Below, one piece after another: positions 49,430 to 61,570 of a DNA stretch of 64,000 bases. The position numbers and the translations under genes are program-made. The notes below the pieces were generated by a model. That model did not search any database and had not been told where the DNA came from. It was given only the letters and a program-made list of their open reading frames with translations. Every line of letters starts with the position of its first letter. Position 1 is the stretch's first letter. The DNA is from Heptranchias perlo (lineage: Eukaryota), in the NCBI RefSeq assembly GCF_035084215.1, contig NC_090347.1, positions 17,856,001 through 17,920,000 on the forward strand, read 5' to 3'.

Positions 49430-52060
49430 ATATCATAGCACGAGAGTATAAGGATTTAAATGGAAAAGTAATCCAAACAGAATCCCTTTAGAGTGAGCTG
49501 AAGAACTGCAAAGGATTGGGTACATTACTGGGAAAATGTTATAGACCATCAAAAGGTCGAAAGGAAATCAAGGATGACATTTGTAGGACTATTAGAAAGG
49601 AGCGTATTAACTGTAGAGTCGTAATTACAGGAGATTTTAATTATACAAGATTGGCTTGGAGAAAATGTTTATGGTGAAAGGGGGAAGTTTTGTTACAGTG
49701 TTCAGAACTGTTTTCTCAGTCGGAGAGGTGGATTTTCATCTCACTACCAGCCCATTTATGCCTGTAAGCGGGGCAGTAGCGAGACAAAAATCGGGGGGGA
49801 AAATGGCCACTTAGCACTAGAGCGCTGCCCATTGCCATTTTCGGGCGGACCTCGATTTAAGCAGCCAGCACTCGGGCCAGAAGCAGGCAGAGGCCTAATT
49901 AGAATATTGAAATCGGGGTTAACTAATGTTGTCAGGACCCACAATGTAATTTTTGCATCAATCAGTGCTGCCACTGCTACTTCCTCAGATCATCACAGAA
50001 CTTGGGAGGTATAGGTTGGGAGGCAGCCATTTACAGCACTAATTAAAGAAATCATTAACTGCAGTAAGGGAAAACTGGAAACTGGTCTGGCACTCATATT
50101 TTCTTCATTCTTTTAGGAGTTTTGAACCTTAAAGGTTCATCTCCTTGCTGCTTGACATGCTCATTAAGTTTCCCTAATGCTGAAATATGCTGCTCCATTT
50201 ATACCCCGACCCACCCCTGATGTTTCCTGCCCTTCCCTTTAAGGTGCTGCTGTAGGCCTATGATCAGTCTGCCCACTTGATTTCTTGTCCTCCCAAATGT
50301 GTATATAGGCTGTTGTCTCCATGTTAAAATTGAAAGTAAAAGTCAGAAATAAAAGCTAACATTGGTTGACCTGAAATAAAAACAGAAAGTGCTGGAAATA
50401 CACCACAGTTCGGTCAGGATCTGTTAAGAGAGAAGACATGTTAATATTTCGACTCTTTCTCAGTCTGTCTTTTCTCTTTACAGATGCTGGCTGACATAGG
50501 AACCTACTGTGTATTCCAGCATTTTCTGTTTTTATTTCAGATTTCCATTTTTTTTTATTTGTAATTATTTTGGTTGACCTTTTCAATAAAATAATATCAT
50601 TGTCAAGATAATTGTGACACAATTTTAAGCAAAGAATCATTTCTTCATGCCCTAGTTATTCCTAACATTAGTTATAACTAGTTGTTAATTTAGCAATATT
50701 AGTGACAAAATAAATTCCAGGTAAAACGGTCATGGCTCAATGGCTGTTATATATTTTACAAATTTGGTGCCACTGATTGAGCTTTTTATAAGGATGTTAG
50801 TAGATCTACAAGGGTGGTGGTATTGCTAGATCTGGTTATGAGTAATGAAATAGATCAGGTAATTGAGCTAAATGTGGGTGAGCACCTTTTGAGTAGTGAC
50901 CACAATATGATACAGTTCAAGATCCAACTTGAAAGGGAAAAAGTCAGTACAAAAATTAGAACACCAGATTAGATTAGGGCCGATTTTAGCAAGATGAGGA
51001 GTGAGCTAGCTATGGTATGGTCAAAAGGAAAACTTAGCATGGACAACTGTAGAGCAACAGTGGGATTTTTTTTTAAAAAGAGATTGAGATGGTACAGAAT
51101 AAGTATATCTCATTAAAAATTAAGGAAACTACTAGTAGTTTAAGGATGCCATGGATGAAGAGGTTAGAAACCAATTAAAATTGAAGGAGGGTCTATGAGG
51201 ACTACATGAATAATAACAACAAAAAAAACTAAAGGAGAAAATAAAAAAAGAAATGAAGAGTGCGATAAGGAAAGTTAAGAGTGAGTATGGGAAAGAAAAT
51301 TCAAAAAACATCAAAAGAAACAGTAAGGTATTTTACAAGTATATCAGTGGAAAGAGAACTGTTAAAAGTGAGGTGGGACCACTAAGAGGTGAGGATTGTC
51401 AATTTGTAGAGGTGTTTAATAAGTACTTTGCATTGGTCTTTAGAAAAGAGTATCGGAGAGGAGGTGAATCCTAAAGTGTTGAGAGTGAAATGAGCGATAT
51501 TGTGATGGATGAAAGGAAAATTTTAGATAAGTTAGTTAAGCTAAGGGAAGACAAAGCACTAGGGCCTGATGGGATACATCTTAAGATCCTGAAGGAGTTG
51601 AGGGAGGAAATCGCTGAGGCCTAGAAATTATATTTCAGGGCTCTATTGAACGTGGATGTATGCCGGAGAACTGGAGAGCGACCAACTGTAGTACCAATTT
51701 TTAGAAAAGGAGACAGACCTAATTACAGGCCAGTTAGCTTAACATCTGTGGTAGGGAAAATTTTAGAGTCTTTAATTAAGGATGAAATTAGCACTTATCT
51801 AGATAAAGAGAAAATAGTTAGAAATAGCCAGCATGGATTTTAAAAGGGGCAATCGTGTTTGACAAACCTCATAGAATTCTTTGAGGAGATAACAGACATG
51901 ATAGAGGGGGGAAATGTAATGGATGTAGTGTACATGGACTTTAGGAAAGCCCTTGACAAGATACCACATGGGAGATTACTAGAGAAGATTAAGGGGTATG
52001 GAATTAGGGGGAGGATAGCAAATTGGATTAAAAATTGATTAGAAGGGAGAAAATAGAGTA
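49430..52060 (+). mobile_element. Old fragmented CR1 (endonuclease to RT), interrupted by MITE and Penelope pieces
   Basis: VVITGDFNY (~49620), LDLVMSN / SDHNMI (~50825-50910), [17 protein letters not shown] and YMDFRKA.DKIPH. Confidence 0.7.
50371..50547. mobile_element. Penelope-like inverted terminal hairpin (second family)
   Basis: ctgaaataaaaacagaaagtgctggaaatac ... gtattccagcattttctgtttttatttcag inverted arms; same family as 35455-36345. Confidence 0.6.
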
Positions 52061-52571
52061 GCAGCCTAGCTTTTAACTCCGGGCCAGTTTTTGGTGGTTA
52101 AGCACTGGTGTGAGTTAGAAACTCACCCGCTGGTGCAGAAATGAGGCCCGGGGTACTTTAACATCCAGGTCTCATTTAAATCCCACTGGCTGACATCCCA
52201 CTTGTTCTGGGCGGGAAGCGGTGGAAATTCATACGGCCCAGAGACCGCCTGAAGAGACCAGGTGAATGGTGGGATCGACTGCCGGGGCCATCCCATGGCG
52301 GTCTCTCGGTCGGGGGGGGCGTCAAGTCCTTGGCAGGGGAATCCTAAGCTTTCCTTGTGGTGCCCAGAGGTGCACCCATGAAGCAGCAGCCTAATCCCAT
52401 TTTTCCCTTTGCTCTCTTTTGAAGCAACTAGCTAATTCCCCTTTAAACAAATTTATGGATTCTGTGTTTATTCGGAGAGATTATTTTTTTGATCTCCTTA
52501 ATCATGGAACCTTTGACTAAAGTTGAATTAAAAGTCAATTTGTGCAGATTATAGCATTCGCAGTTATGACC

Positions 52572-52960
52572 AGTCGGTCGTGGGTTCAAGCTCCAATCCA
52601 GGACTTTAGCATAATAATCGAGGCGGACACCTCAGTGCAGTACTGAAGGATTGCTGCATTGTTGGAGGTGCTATCTTTCGGATGAGATGTTAAACCATGA
52701 GACCCCATGGCACTATTTGAAGAAAAACAGAAAGTTTTTCTGATATCTGAGCCAACATTCTTTCCTTAAGTAACACGGTCAAAAACAGATTAACTTGTCA
52801 TTCATCTCATTGCTGTTCGTGGCACCTTGCTGTCCACAAAATGGCTACTGTGTCTGCCTACATAACACTGGCTGTACTGCAAAGTAATTCATTGTGTGTA
52901 AAGCACTTTGAGATGTTTCTGAGAGGTAGGATAAGGTTCTATACAAGCACAATTTCTTTC
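52572..52960 (+). mobile_element. SacSINE1-like DeuSINE
   Basis: gtgggttcaagctcc B-box, gttggaggtgctatctttcggatgagatgttaaacc core and tail. Confidence 0.7.
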
Positions 52961-54348
52961 TTAAACTAGGAACTACTGCAAAATTGCAAATTAGAAAGGT
53001 TAGATGTAATAATGAAAGGGTAGATGCGATAATGAAAGTGTAGATTCTGCTTGCAGGCAAGTTTTAAGCTTTCCTAACTGTTGGCTGACACTTCTGACTG
53101 CCGCAAAAGATGTATCTCTTGAAAGAGAAGAATGTCAAGCCTGAACTACAAGAAATTCCAATTTCATGTATTTGGGAGTGTTGATGGGCTGTTGGCAATG
53201 ATTATTTGAAAAGATTTCATCATGGGATTGACATATTTTCTTAAGTCAGAAGCTGACCAAGGATGCTCATTGCTTGTGCTCTGATATCTTTGTTAATGAA
53301 GAAAAATCATGGAAAATCTTAATAACTAATGTTTCCACATCATAAGGCACAGAGGCAAATGGATAAAGGCTGATTTTATATCAGAAATTTAAAAAAATAA
53401 ATTTCTGGCTTCTTTTCAGAAACTTACGACTGTAAACTGAGACCTGAGTCAAAAACTGTCAAAGGGCAAGCCTACTTCTCAATAAAACAGACACGTTAAA
53501 TAATAGTTGAAACATTACAGAGGCAGCAAGTGGCTTGTGTTCAATAGAATGTTCTCTTCCAGTTTACCTTTATCTTAAGTTTTCACATTTCTAGCAGAAT
53601 TACTTTGCTAATCTTTTTCACTGAGGACTGTGCCCCGTAAATCTGATTTGCAGGACCAGAGGGTAAACCCGTGACCCTGTTGTGAACCCATGTTGCCACC
53701 AACGTAGTAAGTAGAGAGTTTATTACTAATACCCCTTTTATTGCTCTCAGCTCCACAAATCTGCTCTCTGGAACAATCCACCAATGTTTACTGAAGTGGC
53801 AGGAGACTGAGAAGCAACAATTATTGACAAAAGTACCACTTACATTGTAGATAATTACCTTCATCTTGCCCCCACCCTTTACTTAAGGAAACACACAGAA
53901 AGCTTGTTTACTGTGCTGAGTTGACTTCACTCTGCAGCGATTCCTGCTGGAAAATGCGCATAGGTGGATATTAAATGAGGGCATCATTGGGCTTGACTGT
54001 GATTAAGCTATCAGGAGAGTTTACACTTTGAAATGTAAATGGTTAGTAAAATGAGTCCACCAAGTCCCCAATGTGTTTAATTCACTTTCCAGGTATAAAA
54101 CAGTGTGGAAAATATGCTCATGAAGGTGAGGGATATAATTGCTTGGAAATACAACCTTTTTTATTTTGAGCAACCAGCATCAAGCACTCCCAGGTTAAGT
54201 ACACCATGCTTTGGTACGTAGATAGTAAAGCCATCCTTCCTCTCCTTAACAATGTGCTCCAACTCTAAACTTAGCAGAGCACTTTCTACTGCAAAAGTGT
54301 GATCTTTTCTATTTCCAGCACTAGCCACCCCTGTCTTCAATGGGATGA

Positions 54349-54541
54349 ATGTAAGGAGTATTACAACACCAGGATATTGAAATCACAAGTTTTCGGAGGC
54401 TTTCCTCCTTCGTCAGGTCACTCACCTGACGAAGGAGGATAGCTCCGAAAGCTTGTGATTTCAAATAAAGCTGTTGGACTATAACCTGGTGTCGTAAGAC
54501 TCCTTACATTTGTCCACCCCAGTCCATCACCGGCATCTCCA
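54349..54541. mobile_element. Penelope-like inverted terminal remnant with hammerhead-like core
   Basis: Inverted arms around 54420; CTGACGA-AGGAG-GATAG-CTCC-GAAA-GCTT at 54426-54454; 14-bp TSD CTTCAATGGGATGA (54335-54348, 54542-54555). Homologous to the 11134 element. Confidence 0.75.
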
Positions 54542-54559
54542 CTTCAATGGGATGAGACA

Positions 54560-56826
54560 GAGACTGTCCACAGTAAACTGGGCAAATCTGTTAATGGGTA
54601 AAACGACAGACGATCAGTGAGAGGTGTTCAAAAAAGAATTTAACATGATACTTAACCAGTTTATACCCCTACGGGCAAGAGCTCTACTTGCCAAAAAAAA
54701 CAGCCATGGATGACAAAAGAGACAATATAAAACTAAAAGAAAACGCATTCAAAAATGCAAAAACTAGCACAGATCCTGATGACTGGGAGGAACACAAAGG
54801 TGACCAAAGGGTGACAAAACAGATAGTAAGAGCTACAAATAGGGAGTATGAAAAGAAACTTGCAAGGGATATCAACATTTTTTTTTACAATTATATTAGG
54901 AAAATGAGGGTGGTCATGGACAATGTAAGCCCATTAAAAACTGATAATGGAGATATGGGGGGTGATTTTAAATCCCAAGAACAGTGGGTTGGGGGCGGGT
55001 GGGAGATGAAAATAATTGTTTTTTGGGACGCGATCGCAACCTGGCTTTATTTCCAGGTTTAACATCAGCGCGTAAAAGTAGAGGCTTCCCACTGGGAATG
55101 CAAAGTCTGAAAATTTCGTGGTTGCTACCCAAAAAAACAACTATTTTCAACCCCCACCCGCCCCCAACCCACTTGTTCTTGGGATTTAAAATCACCCCCA
55201 TGGCAAATGAAAATAAGGAAATGGTGGACACGTTAAATAATTACTTTGCGTCAGTATTTACAATAGAGGAAGAAAATACCTTGTCGGACTCCGCAAGGAA
55301 ACTAATTTTGAATCAGGGACAGGGACTCATCATAATTAACGTAAACAAATTAATAACAATGAAGAAAATAATGGCACTAAAGAGTGACAAATCCCCATGA
55401 CCAGATGGTTTCCATCCCAAGGTTTTAAAGGAAGCAGGTGAGAACATTGCAGATGCCCTAACTATAATCTTCCAAAGTTCTCTCAATTCAGGAACCATTC
55501 CTTTAGTTTGGAAAATTGCACATGTCACTCCCCTATTTAAGAAAAGTGAGAGAGGGAAATCAGGGAATTATAGACCAGTTAGCCTAACATCTGTTGATGA
55601 GAAATTACTAGAGTCTGTAATTAAGGATAGAGTGACTGAACACCTTGAAAATTTTCTGCTGATCAGAGAGAGCCAAGATGGATTTGCAATGGGTGGGTCA
55701 TGCCAGACGAACATGGTTGAATTTTTTGAAGAGGTGACTAAAGTAGTGGACAGGGGAGTGTCTATGGATGTTATTTATATGGAGTTTCAGAAGGCATTCA
55801 ATAAAGTCCCTCATAAGAGATTGTTAGCTAAAGTTGAAGCTCATGGAATTGAGGGCAAATTATTGACCTGGTTAGGAAATTGTCTGAGTGGCAGGAGACA
55901 GAGAGTAGGGATAATGAGCAGGTACTCAAATTGGCAGGATGTGACTAATGGTGTTCCACAGGGATCTGTGTTGGGGCCTTAACTATTCACTGTATTTATT
56001 AACGACTTAGATGACAGGATAGAGAGCCACATATCCAAGTTTGACGATGACACAAAGATAGGTAGCATTGTAAGCGGTATAGATGGAAGCATAAAATTAC
56101 AGAGAGATATTAATAGATTTAGTGAATGGGCAAAACTGTGGCAAATGGATTTCAATGTAGGCAAGTGTGAGGTCACCCACTTTGGACCTAAAAAGGATAT
56201 TTTAGAGTACTTTCTAAATGGTGATCAGCCAAGGTCTCATTGAATGGCGGAATGTTGAGTAGAATGGGCCTATACTCTCTGGAGTTTAGAAGAATGAGAG
56301 GTGATCTCATTGAAACATAAGATTCTGAGGGGACTTGACAGGGTAACATAAGAACATAAGAACATAAGAAATAGGAGCAGGAGTAGGCCAATCGGCCCCT
56401 CGAGCCTGCTCCGCCATTCAATAAGATCATGGTAGATGCTGAGAGGTTGTTTCCCCTGGCTCAAGAGTCTAGAACTAGGGGGCATAGTCGCAGGATAAGG
56501 GGTCGGCCATTCAAGACTGAGATGAGGAGGAATTTCTTCACTCAGAGGGTTGTGAATCTTTGGAATTCTCTACCCCAGAGGGCGGTGGATGCTGAGTCAT
56601 TGAATATATTCAAGGCTGAAATGGATAGATTTTTGGACTCTAGGGGAATCAAGGGATATGGGGATCGGGCGGGAAAGTGAGGTTGAAGATCAGCCATTAT
56701 CTGATTGAATGGCGGAGCAGGCTTGAGGGGCCGTATGGCCTATTCCTGCTCCTATTTCTTATGTTCTTATGTTCTTAACAGGCACGAGGAGCTAATTGGC
56801 CTGCAACTGTTCCAGTGTTCCTATGA
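54560..56826 (+). mobile_element. Composite CR1 with nested MITE and two nested CR1 insertions
   Basis: RT motifs ([27 protein letters not shown]). Inserts at 54958-55199 and ~56253-56776, with 56346-56430 nested inside the latter. Confidence 0.85.
54958..55199. mobile_element. 242-bp MITE, long TIRs, ATG TSD (Harbinger/Tourist-type)
   Basis: GGGGGTGATTTTAAATCCCAAGAACA..GTGGGTTGGGGGCGGGTGGG mirrored at the right end; ATG at 54955-54957 and 55200-55202. Confidence 0.88.
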
Positions 56827-57464
56827 TTGAGGACCTTGCAGACACCTCCCCATCACGGGTGAGTAATAATCATTTACATTTCAATGTGAAGGCTCCCCCA
56901 ATATCTCAGGTGATAAAGACTGATCAGAGCTGATCCCAATCCTGTCCTCGCTCGATTACCACACACAAACGTACTTCCCAGCAGGAGTCACCGGTGGTGA
57001 TCAAGAGTGGGAACATCACCTTGAAGAAGAAGTTAGCACATCATCTTGAAGAAGCAAGATTGGATGAGGCAAACTTCAATGGAGGTTCCCACTGAAGACA
57101 CATGTACTGCACTATAGAAGTATCTTTATGCTGAAATAGGAAATATTGGTGACCTGGCAGCCTCCTCATTACTAAAGGTCTGGATTATTCCTGTAACTGC
57201 TATCATTTGGGTGTGACTTTAATCTTCTCTTCATGAAGCAACCTTGGAAATATCCAAAATTGATAGTGAAGAACAACAGGGCTATTAAAAATCCTGTTAC
57301 AATTGTAAAAATGTTTCATATTTCAGTCATTAAAAACACCACGAATAATGATTGAAAAATAACTGGAAAAATGTCACTAGTCAATTCTAGGAAATGTTTC
57401 CAGAATCTTACTCCAATTTAACTTAAAATCTAGTTGTGTGTGCACCCTGTAGGACTATATCAAA

Positions 57465-57670
57465 TGTTTTGGGCAGCCTCAGTCCACTTCCTAGTGGTCA
57501 TGAGCACTGAACTGTCCCTAATTTGGCACCGATTGGAAAATATGTCATACTAGTGTTGTAGGGATGCTCTTCTAAGGTTGGGGCTGAGGCACATTTTTGG
57601 GCCAGAGTAGAAGAAGCTTTATTCTGCATTTGGCTGTGTAATACCTGACGTGGAAGTTCTTGACCTGAGA
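57465..57670 (+). mobile_element. Ancient SINE resembling LF-SINE
   Basis: Motifs ctcagtccacttcctagtgg, atttggcacc, ggggctgaggcacatt and gaagctttattctg in the order I recall for LF-SINE. A related minus-strand copy lies at ~54175-54330. Confidence 0.4.
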
Positions 57671-57913
57671 CCGTGCGGTCTGCATACTCCCTGGAGACAA
57701 AGCTACACAGATCAAAGGCAGAGTGTTGTGTCAGTGTGGTTCAGTTACTAGCAGTCACCTTGATGGAACTTAAAGGCATGGGTGTGGGTTGCGAGGGGGG
57801 GAGTGGAGAGGGGTCAGAATTTCTACCAGTGTGACAACAGTGTGTGGGATGGATACTACAAAGTTCATTCCATAGTTGAATCCTCACCATTTCTACTGCA
57901 GAAACAAGGGGCA

Positions 57914-58486
57914 GGGGGCAAAAATTCACAGCCCTTTCAGCCAGGAGTGCGCAGGAAGGGCTGGAAATTATGCTGACCACCCTGTGCGGGGGCTTCCAGG
58001 ATACTCTGTTGGGCACAGAGTCTCCACATCATCCCAAACAAGGCCATCAGCATAATAGGGGGCAGGGACTACCTACGTCAGGAGTCCCCATGTTCTCAGC
58101 CCTCAGAAGGACCCATGTAGGATTGATGGAGGTACAATTAGTGAGACCCACCATCCGAATGGCAGAAGTGGGGTCCATCTGGGGGTCCAAGTGGGACTGT
58201 GGCCTGGGTCCTTGAAGAAAAGAATGGGATTTTTTTTCAAATGGTTAGCATAAGGATATTTCCCAGAGGTCTCCAGCAACCTTTGGGCAACCGCTCTTCC
58301 ATTAGATTTTCTGGTTTCTCTTCAATGGCGGGCGCCCTAGATGGGCTCCTAATGGCCTGGGTGGCTGCCATTGCCAAAATAATGAAGGGATCTCCCTCTG
58401 AGCCCAAGAACTTTGGTGGGGTCAGGGGCAGAAGTCCCAGCTGGTGGCTTTTCAGCACTTATGCTGCCCCTATATATTTTTGGCCC
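57914..58486. mobile_element. Old MITE
   Basis: TIR-like ggggcaaaaattc ... tttttggccc around a GC-rich interior. Confidence 0.4.
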
Positions 58487-59889
58487 GAAGTTTTGTAACG
58501 TTACAGTAGGTTGCAGAGGTTAAACTGCAGCTTGGGCTCAGAAAAAAGTTGTTCAAACTATTGAAATTTGACATTCAACAAGTCCTTTAAAGTCACTATT
58601 TTCATTGCATTGGTCTTTATTAAATTGTGGGCAATGTTAATTGGTGCAACCAGATTTCTGGGGGTTTTTTTTGCCAATTTTCTCCCAGAAGGTGTTGACC
58701 CTCCTAGGTTCATCTCCACAGGGCTCAGCAACCACTCCCCCCCCCCCCCCCCACCTCCACAACACCTCGCCTCGATGGTCATTCTTTGTGTATGAGCATA
58801 AAAAAAGAGAGGAGTCATTTTCTGAGTACACACTGACACTGGACATCTCACTCATTGGAGAATCATGCATTCACCCCGCCCATGATTTTCTGGTATGTAA
58901 CGGCAAGAGCAATGTTTGTTGCCAGCGTGAACTCCGAACGTTACCCCCAGAGACTTTAAAGTCTCTTACGCTGTTTGCACATTAAAGGAAAAAATGAAAT
59001 CACAATATTCTTAAAAACAATTACTTCCAATGGCCTTTTTTTAATTGGCCGTTCCCTCCCTAACTTTGCTGGAACCCTTTTGGAATCAGGGTTGCAAGCA
59101 TCCATGCTATCCCATCATGCACTTGTTACAATTCCACAGTAACTAATATATTTTTAACGAATAAATTAGGATTTATAAAGTTGCTAAGAGAAAAAAAGAC
59201 TAATCTCCGTGCTGGAAAATGTGCAAAGTAAGCAATTCAATGATTTCTTTGGTTGACAGCCCAAGTTAGGGCAGAGTGACAATATCCAATTCTCTTAACT
59301 CTTTACTGTCATCGGAATATTCCATTCATCAAAACTTACTGCAATATATAAAAACTGTTCAGGATGGTACAGAAGAAAAACACTTCCTTAGACCACTTAC
59401 TAGTCTATCTCCTAGCCAGAATATATGGAAATCCTTTGAATCTTCTAAGCAAGTAAGCTCTAGTAAACATGATAAACAGGCCTGCTCCATAATGCAAAAT
59501 ACCAACTTTTAAGCAATAGAAAAATGTTGGTTTCCATCAACAAAACTTCATTCCAAAATTGCAGCATTGTTTTTTGTTTGCCTACATAGGCCTATAACAT
59601 TTAATGTAACAAAGTACATTGTATCACTTAAAAAAAAATACATTTAAATTTAAATGACTCCATCACCGTGAGGTATTATTTGAAATTTTTTTTTGTTGCC
59701 TCTCAAAAGGATGAATTTGTTATTTTTCTCCTTGGGCACTGTAGTGATTGCTCAGTAACTACTAACTTTTACAGTATAAGTCCCAATAAATTCATAACAA
59801 GAATAATATGCCCTTCTAAAGGTGGAATCTAAATTTTAGTGTTTATAGTTGTTAACTGTAGTCTTAAGTAAACCTGCAAAATACCTCAC

Positions 59890-60712
59890 CTTGTCTGACA
59901 GACACCAGACGGCCATTAGAAGCTCGTAAAACAACTTGAGGATGACTCTGTTCCAAATCGAAGAGGTCATCTTTGCCAGGCTTGGAATTTCGTCCAGATC
60001 TTAGAGTACCGGTTGGCCCCATCGCACTCAGATATTTTCCCTCATGATCTTTAAAGGCGATCTTCCCAGCTTTAAATTCCAAAGTGTAGCTTGTGTCCTG
60101 ATCATGTTTCTTAATCAGTTTTCCATCATTTCTGAGAAACCTATTGTCACAAGTCTGGATGCTATACTTCTTCTCTTGATAGATCAATGTTATGAGGGCA
60201 TCCACACCCCAAGGAATGTTGCTGTCAGCGGATAGTTCATCTTCTTGGACTGAGAGATGGGCGTATCTTTTTCGACTGACACTTAGAAGATTGGCTTGAG
60301 GGTGGCTTGCCAGGTGGATTGACCAAAGTTCTGACTCGGTAATGGTCTGTGCAAAACATGAGAGATGGTCTTCAGATCCGCCAAAGTACCTCTTGTGGGG
60401 TTCAGATTGTAGAGTCCATCTGCCATCAGCATGTGCAATAACTGTGAACCTGCAGTCAATGTCAGGTTTTTCTGCCTCACATGACACATTGCCATCCTTA
60501 TTAGCCAACAGGTAGCGCCCAAGGTGGCTCTTGAAAAAGACCACAGAGTTATTCCCTTCGTCTTGTTCCAGCACCCAGATCTGCTTCTTCTTTAGGCTGA
60601 CACCAGACGCATTGACTTTGAAACCAAATGCTTCTGCTGTCAGATATTTATTGTTACAATTAATTAAGCCAAATTGGACCTTTAAAGCTTGGTGGGTTCC
60701 GTTAGTGGGCAT
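59890..60712 (-). CDS. FSCN2: Fascin-2 (retinal fascin) coding exon 1
   Basis: ATG at 60712. Translation [18 protein letters not shown]...[22 protein letters not shown]...[10 protein letters not shown]...LEFKAGK...SHPQVVL...SVRQG matches fascin beta-trefoil repeats. Ends at donor G|GTGAG (59889-59885); 823 nt, phase 1. Confidence 0.95.
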
Positions 60713-60859
60713 TTCTTTCAGGTTATTTGCCTTCTTGATGTGGAACTTTAGAGTGGTTTTTCAGTGGGAGCTCAGAAACAGAAACAATACAGGCACTTTT
60801 TTGATCTGCTCCTGAGAGATTTGAAGTAGACCAAATAGCCAAAACACCTAAACCCAATA

Positions 60860-61570
60860 GAAGCAGCCAATGACGACAGCTTAAATGCCCAGTTCCTTAA
60901 CCTCTTAGCTCATCCACAATGTTTTACAAAGCCTTTAATTGCAATTATCCAAAGGGTACCTCAGAAAAGAATTTGCATGTTATGAAGACTTCGTACTTCA
61001 GATTGGCTTTTGTACACGTCGATTTTTTGTGAAAAAAATAAGTGCTCGTCTCAGCTGCTGCAGTCTGCTCTAATTGTTCATGCCGAGGATTATAGGCTCA
61101 CAGATTTTAATAAACTGCCAGTGCTTTGTAATTAATAGCAGAGCTTGCTGAAGCAACAAAGGGAGTTTTATGTCAAACAGTGGTCCTTTTGTGTGTTTCC
61201 TTTCCTTCCCTTGCGTTCCAGTGGATAAGTTTCTTCAGACTTTGTTGATTGTAGAGTCCTTTCTTTCTTTTTTTTCAGTTCACCTTTGTACACCAGCGTG
61301 CCCAGCCTCTCAAATACATCGCTCTGCTTTGGTCACCAGCTACCTCGTCCCTCTGAATTCTTGTGCAGTATTTCAGGTGAAAAACCAGGTGAAATGTGAT
61401 AGCCTTCCCTGCAGTTGAATTGTTGAGGTGTCCTCTTTCGTTTTGCTGGAGTGTAGAGTTACTCTGTTCTCTGATTCCTTCTCTCCGGGTCACCTACAGC
61501 CGTCTCCAGTTTTACTGTTTAATCCTCTTTACAATTATCCCAGGGCCTCTATTTCTTGGTTTTAATCCTT
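60860..61570 (-). promoter_or_regulatory. Putative FSCN2 proximal promoter with CRX/OTX-type and NRL-type motifs
   Basis: Repeat-free sequence upstream of the ATG containing GGATTA (61087-61092), TAATCC (61520-61525, 61563-61568), TGCTGA (61146-61151), CCAAT boxes (~60867, ~61002) and a TATA-like ATTTAAG (~60880). Confidence 0.35.

Noticed and set aside
59864-59889. ORF-track extension of fascin exon 1 (EVFCRFT*)
   Set aside because: Read-through past the GTGAG donor into the intron; the same applies to the ORF extensions around exons 3 and 4.
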